A stretch of DNA of 64,000 nucleotides from an uncultured Candidatus Rokubacteria bacterium (GCA_963812945.1 CAWEXD010000004.1:77178-141177), one strand, 5' to 3'; positions 9,135-19,107 are shown, numbered from the stretch's first letter. Numbers and translations: made by a program. Notes: a model not told the origin generated them from the letters alone.

Positions 9135-10054
9135 CCGTCTTCCCGGCGCGTCTCGAAGTACTGCCGCACGTAGGCGTGAAGGTCCGGCTTGTCCGAATTC
9201 CAGCGCCAGGAGCCGGCATCGTCCAGCGCGATGTCGCTCCGGGGATCGAACCGGAAGCGGCTCAGGCCGAGATGGCGCTGACGGGTCCCGCGATCCTCGA
9301 GCCGTCCGTGCCAGAGATGGAAGAGATCCCCATCCAGGCAGCCGACCCGACTGGCGACCGAGCGGTGAAACGGGCTCGCCCACGCGCGGTAGCGCGTTTC
9401 CTGGGCCGGATTCATGCCCTGCACGTCGACGACGACCCCGGGACACCCGAACGCGGCGCAAGCCATGGCGTTATCACCGCCTCCGACAATGCACGCGTCG
9501 TAGAATCCGTGCCGCTCGACCACCTCGCGCCGGAAGGCCCAGCCGAACCCAGGGGCGACCACGCTGGCGTTGCGCTTGAACAAGGGAGCCAGGGCCACCG
9601 CGGGATCCGACCCGCGACCAATCGTGCTCGCGGATGACTCCTGCGCGAAGTCCACCGCCTCGCGGAGCGCGCGCCCGGGAACCCAATCGCGACGGAGGTA
9701 GTGGACGCGCGCGAACAGCTGGACGGCGGAGAAGCGCGCCAGCAGCGCGTGGGCGGCCGTCGCCCAGTCTTCGCGCTCGAAGATGACGTCGCAGTCCAGA
9801 CTTGCCACCGCCGTGCACCCGGTGGGGAGCCGCCCGAGCGCAACGTTGAGGAGCCGCTCCTTCTGCCAGAGGACATCACGCCCCCGCAGGCGCACGAGGA
9901 GGTCCGCGTCGTCGTGCCCCAGCTCGAACCGGTCGCCGTAGCAGAGCTCCACCGCGAGCAGGGGGACGGCGAGGCGGCGACGGAACTCCCGGAAGTTCTC
10001 GAGCCGGCGGCGGTATCCGGCGGGATTGAAGTACGAGGTGATCGCCCAGAGCAT
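9131..10054 (-). CDS. GT-A-like protein, paralog of 4742..5665
   Basis: ATG start MLWAITSYFNP; SLDCDVIF motif conserved; nucleotide similarity extends into the upstream promoter region. Confidence 0.6.
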   Translation of the reverse strand: MLWAITSYFNPAGYRRRLENFREFRRRLAVPLLAVELCYGDRFELGHDDADLLVRLRGRDVLWQKERLLNVALGRLPTGCTAVASLDCDVIFEREDWATAAHALLARFSAVQLFARVHYLRRDWVPGRALREAVDFAQESSASTIGRGSDPAVALAPLFKRNASVVAPGFGWAFRREVVERHGFYDACIVGGGDNAMACAAFGCPGVVVDVQGMNPAQETRYRAWASPFHRSVASRVGCLDGDLFHLWHGRLEDRGTRQRHLGLSRFRFDPRSDIALDDAGSWRWNSDKPDLHAYVRQYFETRREDG

Positions 10055-10190
10055 CCGGCGCGCGACTAGCGAGGGTGCTCCGCCCGGACCAGCCGCTCTA
10101 CCATGCGAAGGGGCTCGCCGTTCTTGCCGCTTCGGACCAACAACTCAGGGACTCAGGTTCCTTCCGCGGCTCCCGGCCGCGTCCAGGCGA

Positions 10191-10220
10191 AATCTACGCC
10201 GGCACCCCGGGGGCCGTCAA
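10191..10220 (-). promoter_or_regulatory. sigma-70-like promoter TTGACG-N18-TAGATT upstream of cassette 2
   Basis: same hexamers and spacing as 5793..5822; about 135 nt upstream of ATG 10054. Confidence 0.35.
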
Positions 10221-10239
10221 GGCGGGCGGCGTCGGGACG

Positions 10240-11550
10240 TCAGTATCCTTTGCCCGCAATCCTGAGCACGGAGGGCAGCCAGAGCGAGATGATGGGAAAC
10301 GCGATCAGGATCGCGAGGCGCACGACGTCGGCCACCACGAAGGGCATGACGCCGCGGAACAGCGTGGGGGTCGGCACCTGCGGCAGGAGCGCGTTGATCA
10401 CGAACAGGTTCATGCCGACCGGCGGGCTGATCAGGCCGATCTCCACCACGACCACGATGAGGATCCCGAACCACACGGGATCGAGGCCGAGGCTCACGAC
10501 GACCGGGAAGAACACCGGCACCGTCAAGAGGATCATCGACAGCTCTTCCATGGCGGTGCCGAGGATCACGTAGATCGCGCACATCGCCGCCACCACCACC
10601 GCGGGGTGGAGCGCGAAGCGCTCCACGAAGTGCTGGAGGTCCCGCGGCATCGACGTGAAGTTGATGAAGTTCGCGAACACGAGCGCGCCGATCAGGATCA
10701 TGAACAGCATCGAGGTCGTCCGCGCCGACTCCAGCAGGACGTCGCGCAACGCGCTCCAGCTGAGCGACCGGCGCGCGAGGGCGAACACGAACGCGCCGAA
10801 CGCGCCGATCCCCGCCCCTTCGGTGGCCGTGAAGATCCCCGCGTAGATGCCCCCGATCGACAGGGCGAAGAGCGCGACAACGCCCCAGACCCCTCGCAGC
10901 GCGCGCCACCGGTCGGCCCACGACGAGCGCTCGCCGGCCGGACCGGCGGCCGGCTCGCGCCAGACCATGTACTGGACCGCCAGGCACAGGAGGAACGCGG
11001 CGAGGATGCCGGGCAGCACCCCCGCGGCGAAGAGCCGGCCGATGTTGGTCTCGGTCATGATCCCGTAGATGACCATGATCGTGGACGGCGGGATCAGGAT
11101 GCCGAGCGTGCCGCCGGCGGCGATCGAGCTCGCGGCGAGCTTGTCCGAGTAGCCCAGCTGGCGCATGGGCGGGTACGCGACGCGCGTCATGGTGGCGGCC
11201 GTGGCGATCGAGGAGCCGCAGATGGCGCCGAACCCGGCGCAGGCCACGATGGTCGACATGGCGAGCCCGCCCCGCCAGTGGCCGATGAAGGTGTGGGCGG
11301 CCCGGAACAGCTCCTGCGACATCCCGGCCCGGGCCACCAGGTTGCCCATGAGGATGAAGAGGGGCACGACCGAGAGCTCGTAGTTGATCCCGGCCGCGAA
11401 CGTCGTCTGGGCCAGCTGGTCGAGCGCCGCCGGGATCCCGCGCTTCCAGGCGAACCCCGCCCCGCCCACGATCAGCATGGAGAACGCGACCGGGATGCGC
11501 GCGAAGGCGAGCCCGAGGAGGCCCGCGAAGGCGAGGAGGGTCTCGGTCAC
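10240..11550 (-). CDS. dctM: TRAP transporter large permease
   Basis: about 12 TM DctM-family sequence; GTG start overlaps dctQ stop (GTGA). Confidence 0.85.
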   Translation of the reverse strand: MTETLLAFAGLLGLAFARIPVAFSMLIVGGAGFAWKRGIPAALDQLAQTTFAAGINYELSVVPLFILMGNLVARAGMSQELFRAAHTFIGHWRGGLAMSTIVACAGFGAICGSSIATAATMTRVAYPPMRQLGYSDKLAASSIAAGGTLGILIPPSTIMVIYGIMTETNIGRLFAAGVLPGILAAFLLCLAVQYMVWREPAAGPAGERSSWADRWRALRGVWGVVALFALSIGGIYAGIFTATEGAGIGAFGAFVFALARRSLSWSALRDVLLESARTTSMLFMILIGALVFANFINFTSMPRDLQHFVERFALHPAVVVAAMCAIYVILGTAMEELSMILLTVPVFFPVVVSLGLDPVWFGILIVVVVEIGLISPPVGMNLFVINALLPQVPTPTLFRGVMPFVVADVVRLAILIAFPIISLWLPSVLRIAGKGY

Positions 11551-12134
11551 GTGGTGTAGCCGGCGGACACGGAGCGAACGCGGCGGGCGCCGGACAGATA
11601 GCCCCACACGATGACGAGGCACGCGACCGCGGCGAGCGCCGACATCACCGCGAAGACCCGGCTGAACGGGCCGTGCGGGATGTGGAGCGTCATCGTCACC
11701 TCGTGGGTCCGCATGTGGCTCGCCGAGAGCACCCACAGCCGCCACGCGACGAAGGCCAGCGCCGCGGTGCTGATCGCGTTGACCAGCACCCGTTGCCAGC
11801 GCGCGAAACCAGCGGAGACGAGGTGGTCGAGCACGTCGATGGAGACGTGACCCTCGCGCGCCGTGACGAGCGGCAGCGCGCAGAAGATCAGCATGCCCAT
11901 CAGGAACTCGGTGATCTCGTACGCGCCGTAGACGGGCCGCGTGAAGAGCTTGCGGCCCGTGACGTCGACGAAGGTGAGCACCATCATCGCGAAGAGAACG
12001 GTCGCGGCGACCGTTCCGAGCACCCGGCCGGCCCAGGAGCCGAGCCGGCCGGGGAACAGGTCGTCGAGGGGCGAGGGGGAGGTCGTCAGCCCGCCGCCGG
12101 GCGCGCCCGCCCTCTCGCCTCCCGACGCGGTCAA
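11547..12134 (-). CDS. dctQ: TRAP transporter small permease
   Basis: 4-TM small protein between dctP and dctM; N-terminal extent uncertain. Confidence 0.7.
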   Translation of the reverse strand: MTASGGERAGAPGGGLTTSPSPLDDLFPGRLGSWAGRVLGTVAATVLFAMMVLTFVDVTGRKLFTRPVYGAYEITEFLMGMLIFCALPLVTAREGHVSIDVLDHLVSAGFARWQRVLVNAISTAALAFVAWRLWVLSASHMRTHEVTMTLHIPHGPFSRVFAVMSALAAVACLVIVWGYLSGARRVRSVSAGYTT

Positions 12135-12135
12135 G

Positions 12136-13164
12136 CTACTTCTTCTCGGCCGCCACCTTCTCGACCTCGGCGCGGAAGGCCCGGATCACGTCCTTGCCGT
12201 TCAGGCCCATCTTGTCCATCTTGGCCGCGTAGTCGGCCTCGAGCTTGTCGGTGAGCTTCTTCAGCTCGCCGATGAACGCCGGCGACATCTCCTGCATCTT
12301 CCCGCCGGCCGCCTTCATCGCCTCCCGGCCCTCCTGGTCGGCCTTGTCCCAGCCGCCCCCGGCCAGGCGGGCGAAGTTCTCCTGGGACACCGACAGGATC
12401 GCGTCCTGGTCGGCCTTCGGAAGGCCGTCGAACTTCTTCTTGTTCATCGCGAACCAGAACGAGGAGCTGTAGAGCCCGCCCCGGACGTAGGTGGTGTACG
12501 GGACGAGGTTGGCGATGTTGAAGCTCTTGAGCGACTCGGTCGGGAACATGATGCCGTCGGCGATGCCCGCCGAGAGGATCTCGTACGACTTGGGGGCCGG
12601 CTGCGTGATCACGACCCCGCCGAAGGCCTCGACGATCGCCTTCGGCACGTCGCCGCCCACGCGGATCTTCTGCCCCCGGACATCGTCCGGGTTCAGGATC
12701 AGCTTCTTCGAGTGGTGCATGAGGCCAGGCCCGTGCGTCATGACCCCGAGGAGCTGCACGTCCTTGTGGATCCCGGCCTTCTCGATGTGCGACTTGTGGG
12801 TCCGCCAGAGGGCTACCCCGTTGTGCACCGCGGTCTCGCCGAGCGCCGGCAGCTCGGCGATGAGGTACGGCATGAAGCGCTCCGGCTGGTAGCCGTACGT
12901 CGACCACGCGACGTCGACCTGCCCGCTGACGACCGCGTCGTAGTGCTGGTTGGGCGCGGCGATCGGCTTGGGCAGCATGGTCACCTTCACGCGGCCCGCG
13001 GTCGCCTTCTCCACCTGCGCCGCCCACGGCTCCATCATGTACTTCACCACCGGGTGGTTGGGCGCCACCCAGTTGGACATGGTGAGCTCGGTCTGCGCCG
13101 CGGCCGACGCGCCGAGCCCGGTGAAGAGACCCCCGATGAGAATCGCCAGCACCGTGCGGATCAT
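12136..13164 (-). CDS. dctP: TRAP transporter substrate-binding protein
   Basis: ATG at 13164 preceded by GAGGAGGG SD; signal peptide MIRTVLAILIGGLFTGLGASAAAQ; DctP family body. Confidence 0.85.
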   Translation of the reverse strand: MIRTVLAILIGGLFTGLGASAAAQTELTMSNWVAPNHPVVKYMMEPWAAQVEKATAGRVKVTMLPKPIAAPNQHYDAVVSGQVDVAWSTYGYQPERFMPYLIAELPALGETAVHNGVALWRTHKSHIEKAGIHKDVQLLGVMTHGPGLMHHSKKLILNPDDVRGQKIRVGGDVPKAIVEAFGGVVITQPAPKSYEILSAGIADGIMFPTESLKSFNIANLVPYTTYVRGGLYSSSFWFAMNKKKFDGLPKADQDAILSVSQENFARLAGGGWDKADQEGREAMKAAGGKMQEMSPAFIGELKKLTDKLEADYAAKMDKMGLNGKDVIRAFRAEVEKVAAEKK

Positions 13165-13306
13165 GGATGCACCCTCCTCATCGAATGCGCGCCGGGTTTG
13201 CGGGTGCCCAAAGCGCGTCGCCACGACACCCCCGCGCCGGATCGTAGGCGAAAGAGACCACGGTTCCGGGTAGGCCGTCAAGCCGTTCGGCCCCGCGCCG
13301 ACGAGC

Positions 13307-15049
13307 CTAGGACGCGGGCGCGCCCGGCTCGCCGAGGAGCTCGGCGTGGGCCCGCTCCCGCTCCCGGTCGATCTGCTCCGGGGTCGCGCCCAGGCCCTCC
13401 AGGATCGCCACGGTGAAGGCCAGCGCCACCTCCCCTTCGCCCGAGAACGCCTCGGCCCCGGCCTGGCGGAGGGCGGGCAGCTCGCGCACATAGGTCGAAC
13501 GCGCCAGCACCTGGATCCCCGGGTTCAGCTCCCGCGCCAGGCGCACGATCTCCTCGCCACCGAGGCCGGAGGCGCTGAGGATCAGGCTCCCGGCCTCGGC
13601 GACCCCGGCGCTCCTCAGCGCCGCGCCGTCGCCTGCGTCACCGTACACCGCCGGCACCCCTGCCTCGCGCAATCGACGCACGGTCTCCAGGTTGAGCTCC
13701 ACGATGGTGGGCTCGATGTCGTTCTCCCTGAGGAGTCGGGCGACCGTCCGCCCGACCGGTCCGTAGCCCACGACGACCGCCCGGTGGCGGCTCGAGCGGC
13801 GCGGTACGCCGTCGGTCGCGGCTTCCGGAGTGGACGGGCGCTCCCCTGCCGCCGGGCGGGGCCGGCGGCGGCGCGAGAGCCACGCGTTCACGGGGTCGAC
13901 CAGCCGGTAGAGGAGCGGGTTCAGGGTGATCGAAACGATGGCCGCCGCGACGAGGGTGTTCATGGCAGCCGCCGGGAGGACGCCGCGCTGGCTACCGAGC
14001 AGCCCCAGGATGAAGGAGAACTCGCCGATCTGGGCCAGGGCGACGGCCACCGCCAGGCCGACCCTGAGCGGGTAGCCGAGCAGGCCCATGAGCGCGAGCG
14101 CGACGAGCGTCTTGCCCAAGAGGACGATCGCGAGGGTCGCGGCCACCAGCCCCGGCGCTTCCAGGAGGTGGCCCGGGTCGAACAGCATGCCCACGGAGAC
14201 GAAGAACAGGACGGCGAAGGCGTCCCGCATGGGCAGAACCTCGGACGCCGCACGGACGCTGAATTCCGAGCGCCCCACCACCGTCCCGGCGAGGAACGCC
14301 CCCAGCGCCATCGACACCCCGAACAGCGTGGCGGATCCGACCGCGATGCCCAGCGCCAGCACCAGGACGGTGAGGCTGAACAGCTCCCGGGAGCGCGTCC
14401 TTGCCATGTGCTCGAGCAGCCACGGAATGACCCGCCCGCCGACGAGCAGGGTGAAGGCGACCAGGGCGGCGATCTTCACTGCCGTCACGGCGAGGGCCAT
14501 CGACACCCGGGCCGGGCCGTCCGCCTGGGATCCGACCAGGGCCGGAAGCAACACGAGCACGACCACCGTGAACACGTCCTCGACGATCACCCAGCCGACC
14601 GCGATGTGACCGGTCGGCGTGTGGAGGTCGCGGTTGTCCGTCAGCACCCGGACCAGCACCACGGTGCTGGTCACCGAGATGGCCAGCCCGAACACGATCC
14701 CGGCGGTCCAGCTCCAGCCGAGGGCGTGGGTCACCACCGCCCCCAGCGCCGTCGCCAGGACGATCCGGCCCACGGCTCCGGGGATCGCGACGCGCCGGAC
14801 CGACCAGAGCTGCTCGAGGTGGAAGTGCAGGCCTACGCCGAACATCAGGAGGATCACGCCGATCTCGGCCAGCTGCTCCGCCAGATGCCGGTCGGCGACG
14901 AAGCCGGGGGTGTAGGGGCCGACGGCGATTCCGGCCACGAGATAGCCGACGATCGGCGACAGCCCGAGGCGCTGCGTCACGTATCCCAGGGCGAGGGCGG
15001 CGGCGAGGCCACCCGTGAGCGTCAGGATCAGGTCAAGGTTGTGCGGCAC
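13307..15049 (-). CDS. CPA2 cation:proton antiporter (Kef-type) with C-terminal RCK/TrkA-N domain
   Basis: GTG start MPHNLDLILTL; 12-13 TM Na_H exchanger body then Rossmann-like AVVVGYGPVGRTVARLL. Confidence 0.85.
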   Translation of the reverse strand: MPHNLDLILTLTGGLAAALALGYVTQRLGLSPIVGYLVAGIAVGPYTPGFVADRHLAEQLAEIGVILLMFGVGLHFHLEQLWSVRRVAIPGAVGRIVLATALGAVVTHALGWSWTAGIVFGLAISVTSTVVLVRVLTDNRDLHTPTGHIAVGWVIVEDVFTVVVLVLLPALVGSQADGPARVSMALAVTAVKIAALVAFTLLVGGRVIPWLLEHMARTRSRELFSLTVLVLALGIAVGSATLFGVSMALGAFLAGTVVGRSEFSVRAASEVLPMRDAFAVLFFVSVGMLFDPGHLLEAPGLVAATLAIVLLGKTLVALALMGLLGYPLRVGLAVAVALAQIGEFSFILGLLGSQRGVLPAAAMNTLVAAAIVSITLNPLLYRLVDPVNAWLSRRRRPRPAAGERPSTPEAATDGVPRRSSRHRAVVVGYGPVGRTVARLLRENDIEPTIVELNLETVRRLREAGVPAVYGDAGDGAALRSAGVAEAGSLILSASGLGGEEIVRLARELNPGIQVLARSTYVRELPALRQAGAEAFSGEGEVALAFTVAILEGLGATPEQIDRERERAHAELLGEPGAPAS

Positions 15050-15102
15050 GTGAGTACGGCGCCGGTCGGCCCGTCGTCCGGAGCAGCGGGGGGCTCTCGG
15101 GG

Positions 15103-15471
15103 TTAGCGCCGCCGCATGTTGAAGAAGATCTCCCGGGACTTGTGGCGTTGGTCGATGCTCGCCCGGTCCGTCGCGACCAGCACGTAGAGCATGTTCAGAG
15201 CCGCCAGGGACGATGTCACCAGGCGCCGGCTCCTCGTCCGGTTGAAGACCAGCCTGGCCGTGAGACCCTGTTGCCCCCGCAGGCGGCGGTAGAGCCGGTC
15301 GACGGCGGACTTCGTGACCAGATTGAAGTTGCCCGCCGCCCGCTTGCTGCTGGAGACGGACATCACGAAATACTGGTGGGGGCTGGACAGCACGTAGTAA
15401 TGCTGCCGCTTGCCCTGCACCTCCCCGTGGAAGGTCAAGCCCTTCGTGAGGCTCGTGACGCTCAGCTTCAT
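15103..15471 (-). CDS. hypothetical basic protein (possibly bacterial PH-like)
   Basis: 122-aa ORF 14 nt downstream of the MetE-like gene; noticeably lower GC3 than neighbours; no recognisable catalytic motif. Confidence 0.4.
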   Translation of the reverse strand: MKLSVTSLTKGLTFHGEVQGKRQHYYVLSSPHQYFVMSVSSSKRAAGNFNLVTKSAVDRLYRRLRGQQGLTARLVFNRTRSRRLVTSSLAALNMLYVLVATDRASIDQRHKSREIFFNMRRR

Positions 15472-15484
15472 GGTCGTTCCCCTC

Positions 15485-16588
15485 TCAGCCCCACACGCGG
15501 CGGGCGACGTCGACCACGAGCTCGAGCTTTCGGCGCTGCTCGGCCGGTGTCAGTGGATTGCCGGGGGCCGTGCTCGCGAAGCCGCACTGGGGGCTCAGCG
15601 CCAGCCGCTCGAGCGGCACCAGCCGCGCGGCCAGATCGATTCGCCGGTGCAGATCGTCGGGGGCCTCGAGCGCGGGCGTCTTGGTCGACACCAGACCAAG
15701 GACGACCCACCGGGAGGGCGCGACGTGGCGGAGGGGCTCGAAGCCGCCGGCGCGCGCCGTATCGTACTCGAGGAAGAAGGCGTCGACATCGAGCGCGCCG
15801 AAGGCGCGAGCGGCCACGAAGTCGTAGGCCCCCTCTCCGAGCCACTTGCCCTGGTTGTTGCCCCGGCAGACGTGAATGCCGACGGTCAGCCCGCGCGGGC
15901 GCCCGGCCAGCGCGGCGTTCACCAGGACGACGTAACGCTCGAGCATCTCGGCCGGGTCGTAGCCCTTCGCCCGGAACGCGTCGCGATGCTGTGGATCGCA
16001 GAGGAGGCCGAGCGGCACGTCGTCGAGCTGGACGTAGGTCGCGCCGAGGGCGGCGAGCTCGGCGAGCTCGGCCCGGTAGATCGCCGCCACGTCGGCGAAG
16101 AACTCCTCGAGGTCTGCATAGGCCCGGTCGGACACTCCGGGACGCCATCGCAGGAAGTGCTGCGAGGACGGGCTCGGGAGCGTGACCTTCGGGGTCCGGC
16201 GCGTAAGCGCACGCACGTAGACGAACTCCCCGGTGGCGATCCCGCGACGGCGGACCAGTCGCCCGGTCACCACCGCCGCGCGGTAGCGTAGCGGCTCGCC
16301 GCCGGCGCCTCGGAAGCTCATCTCGGCGTCCATCTCGGTGAACCCGTCGACCGCGTCGGCAAAGTGGCCGAAGTAGATGCCGCGCCGGTACTCGCCGTCG
16401 GTGATGGCTTCGAGACCCACGGCCTCCTGGAGGTCCACGGCTTCCCGGATGTGCAGGTCCTCCTCGGCCCGAAGCCCCTCCGCGGACAGCCGGCCTTCGT
16501 CCGCCGCCCGACGCGCCGCCAGCAACGCGGGTGGACGGAGAAGGCTCCCGATGTGCTCGGCCCGGAACGGAGGGGGGGATCTCAGCAC
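15485..16588 (-). CDS. cobalamin-independent methionine synthase (MetE) C-terminal-domain family protein
   Basis: standalone MetE-C-like (UROD/MetE fold) sequence, about 367 aa. Confidence 0.7.
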   Translation of the reverse strand: MLRSPPPFRAEHIGSLLRPPALLAARRAADEGRLSAEGLRAEEDLHIREAVDLQEAVGLEAITDGEYRRGIYFGHFADAVDGFTEMDAEMSFRGAGGEPLRYRAAVVTGRLVRRRGIATGEFVYVRALTRRTPKVTLPSPSSQHFLRWRPGVSDRAYADLEEFFADVAAIYRAELAELAALGATYVQLDDVPLGLLCDPQHRDAFRAKGYDPAEMLERYVVLVNAALAGRPRGLTVGIHVCRGNNQGKWLGEGAYDFVAARAFGALDVDAFFLEYDTARAGGFEPLRHVAPSRWVVLGLVSTKTPALEAPDDLHRRIDLAARLVPLERLALSPQCGFASTAPGNPLTPAEQRRKLELVVDVARRVWG

Positions 16589-16737
16589 GGTCGAGGCTCC
16601 CGGGCCGCCGGGTGGCCCGGCGAGATCCGGCCCGGCGCTACCACCGGGCGGCCGCGGCGCTCGACGGTCACGCGAACCTCGGCTTCGGGGCGGCTCATCG
16701 TCTTGCCCCCGACGGTAGCACGGGCTAGCTTATCGAG

Positions 16738-18318
16738 GTGACGCCGCGGAGCAAGCCTCCGGCCACCGTGTCCTCGCTCTTCCTCGGTGCGCTGCGCGCC
16801 GCGCCCGACCAGACCTTCCTCGCCATGGAGCAGGCCACGCTCAGCTACGCTGAGACCGCCGACTGGTCGAAGGCGCTCGCCTCCGGCCTCGTCGAGAAGG
16901 GCATCAAGCGGGGCGATCGGGTGGTCGTCGTCTCGACGAACCGGCCCGAGATGGTGGTCCTGTGGCTCGCGTGCCTGCGCCTCGGCGCCTGTTTCTGCCC
17001 GGTCAACCCCGGCTTCACCAGCGGCCAGCTGGCGAACGTCTTCCGCCGGATGGCTCCGGCGCTGGTCGTCGCGGAGCCCGGCATGGCGGCCGCCGTGGCG
17101 GACGGCATGGCTCGCAGCGAGATCGCCGGGCCCGTGGTGGCGCTCGGTCCGGCCGCGTCCGGCTGGGGCTCGTGGACCGACCTCGAGCGGGGCGACGGTG
17201 ACCCCGGATGGGCCGAGGCGCGCGAGGGCGACCTCGCGGCGATCCTGTGCACCTCGGGGACCACGGGTCCCTCGAAGGCCGTGGCGCTGTCGCACCGATG
17301 GTTCACCAAGATCTGCGAGACGACGGAGCGCTACTGGGGATTCAGCGGGCGGGACGTCTTCTACTCCCCGTTCCCCCTCTATCACATCGACGCCCTCGCC
17401 ATCACCGTCGCGCCCGCGATCCACCACGCCACGACCGCGGCGATCGGGACTCGATTCTCCGCCCGCCGGTTCTGGGAGGAGATCCGCCGCTTCGAGGCCA
17501 CGGTCTTCGACTTCATGGGCAGCACGTTGACGCTCCTGTGGAAGCGGGAGCCCCGGCCGGACGACCGGGACAACCCCGTGCGCCTCGGGTGGGGCGTGCC
17601 TCTCCCCGACTTCGCACCCGCCTTCGAGGAGCGCTTCGGCTGCGCGCTCATCGACTGCTACGGCTCGACCGACGTCGGGCTCCCCGTGTGCGGGGTGCCC
17701 GGCGAGCCGAAGCCGACGGGCGCGTGCGGCAGGGCGGCGGAGGGGTACGAGGTGGCAATCCTGTCGCCCGAGGGCGACCGGCGCCCATTCGACCAGTCCG
17801 GGGAGATCGCCGTGCGGGTCGATGACCCCCACACGCTGATGGAGGGGTATGTCGGTGATCCCGATGCCACCCTCCGCACCTGGCGAGGGCTCTGGCACCA
17901 CACGGGCGACCGCGGGCGTCTGGATGCTCGCGGCTACCTCTATTTCGAGGGCCGGATCAGCGATTCGATTCGCCGCCGGGGCGAGAACGTGTCGGCTCAG
18001 GAGCTGGAGGAGCTGATCCAAGCCCACCCGGACGTCGTCGAGGCGGCGGCGATCGGCGTGCCCTCCGAGCTGACCGAGGAGGACATCAAAGTGTCGGTGA
18101 TCGCGCGACCGGGAACGGGCCTCGCCGCGCCGGCCCTCACGGGGTGGATGGCCGACCATCTGCCCCGGTACATGACGGTGCGTTACGTCGAGCTGGTCGA
18201 CAACCTTCCGCGGACCGACACCCAGAAGGTGATGAAGGCCGCACTCCGGGCCCGGTGGCGGACGCCGGGCACGTGGGACGCCGAGCTGACCGCCTATCTG
18301 CCGGAGGAGCCCCGATGA
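16738..18318 (+). CDS. AMP-dependent acyl-CoA synthetase/ligase (ANL superfamily)
   Basis: AMP-binding motif TSGTTGPSK and YGSTD, C-terminal GEN..A.E.E motif; GTG start, exact start uncertain. Confidence 0.8.
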   Translation: MTPRSKPPATVSSLFLGALRAAPDQTFLAMEQATLSYAETADWSKALASGLVEKGIKRGDRVVVVSTNRPEMVVLWLACLRLGACFCPVNPGFTSGQLANVFRRMAPALVVAEPGMAAAVADGMARSEIAGPVVALGPAASGWGSWTDLERGDGDPGWAEAREGDLAAILCTSGTTGPSKAVALSHRWFTKICETTERYWGFSGRDVFYSPFPLYHIDALAITVAPAIHHATTAAIGTRFSARRFWEEIRRFEATVFDFMGSTLTLLWKREPRPDDRDNPVRLGWGVPLPDFAPAFEERFGCALIDCYGSTDVGLPVCGVPGEPKPTGACGRAAEGYEVAILSPEGDRRPFDQSGEIAVRVDDPHTLMEGYVGDPDATLRTWRGLWHHTGDRGRLDARGYLYFEGRISDSIRRRGENVSAQELEELIQAHPDVVEAAAIGVPSELTEEDIKVSVIARPGTGLAAPALTGWMADHLPRYMTVRYVELVDNLPRTDTQKVMKAALRARWRTPGTWDAELTAYLPEEPR

Positions 18319-19100
18319 CATTCGAGACGGTCCTGTACGACGTGCGTGAGGGCATCGCCCACGTCCGGCTCAACCGGCCGCACCGGCTGAACGCGATGGT
18401 GCCGCGGCTGATGGACGAGCTGCACAGAGCGCTCCAGACGGCCGCGGGCGACGTCACCGTGCGCGTCGTCATCCTCTCCGGAGAAGGCCGGGCCTTCTGC
18501 GCGGGTGACGACCTGAAGGAGTCGGCCGAGACGCACATGGACGCGGGTCAGGTCCGGGAGTTCGTGGACGCGATCCAGCGAGTGACGGTCGACATCCGAT
18601 CGATGTCGAAGCCCGTCATCGGCGCCATCCACGGCTACGCGGTGGGCGGCGGAAGCGAGCTGGCGCTGAGCTGCGACCTGGTGGTGGCAGCCGAGGACGC
18701 GCAGTTCGGCTTCCCGGAGACGGGGGTGGGGCTCTTCGTCGGCGGTGGCGTGACGCACCTCCTGCCGCGCGCCGTCGGGCTCGCGCGGGCCAAGGAGCTG
18801 ATCCTCACCGGTGAGTTCTTCGACGGTCGGACGGCCGAGCGGCTAGGGCTCGCGAACCGGGCGGTTCCAGCCGATCAGGTCCTGCCCGTGGCCGAGGCGC
18901 TGGCGCGGACGATCATGGCGAAGGCGCCCATCCCCGTCGTCCTGACCAAGGTCGCGCTGGAAGCCGGGGCTCAGAGCGACCTGGCCACGGCCATGGCGCT
19001 CGAGGCCACGTCGATCGTCGCCTGCTTCCTGACGGAGGACGCGCGGGAAGGCGCCCGGGCGTTCGTGGAGAAGCGACCCCCCCGGTACCGTGGCCGGTGA
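18315..19100 (+). CDS. enoyl-CoA hydratase/isomerase (crotonase family)
   Basis: ATG overlaps acyl-CoA synthetase stop (ATGA); FCAGDDL and GYAVGGGSELAL oxyanion-hole motifs. Confidence 0.85.
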   Translation: MTFETVLYDVREGIAHVRLNRPHRLNAMVPRLMDELHRALQTAAGDVTVRVVILSGEGRAFCAGDDLKESAETHMDAGQVREFVDAIQRVTVDIRSMSKPVIGAIHGYAVGGGSELALSCDLVVAAEDAQFGFPETGVGLFVGGGVTHLLPRAVGLARAKELILTGEFFDGRTAERLGLANRAVPADQVLPVAEALARTIMAKAPIPVVLTKVALEAGAQSDLATAMALEATSIVACFLTEDAREGARAFVEKRPPRYRGR

Positions 19101-19107
19101 GAAGAGC

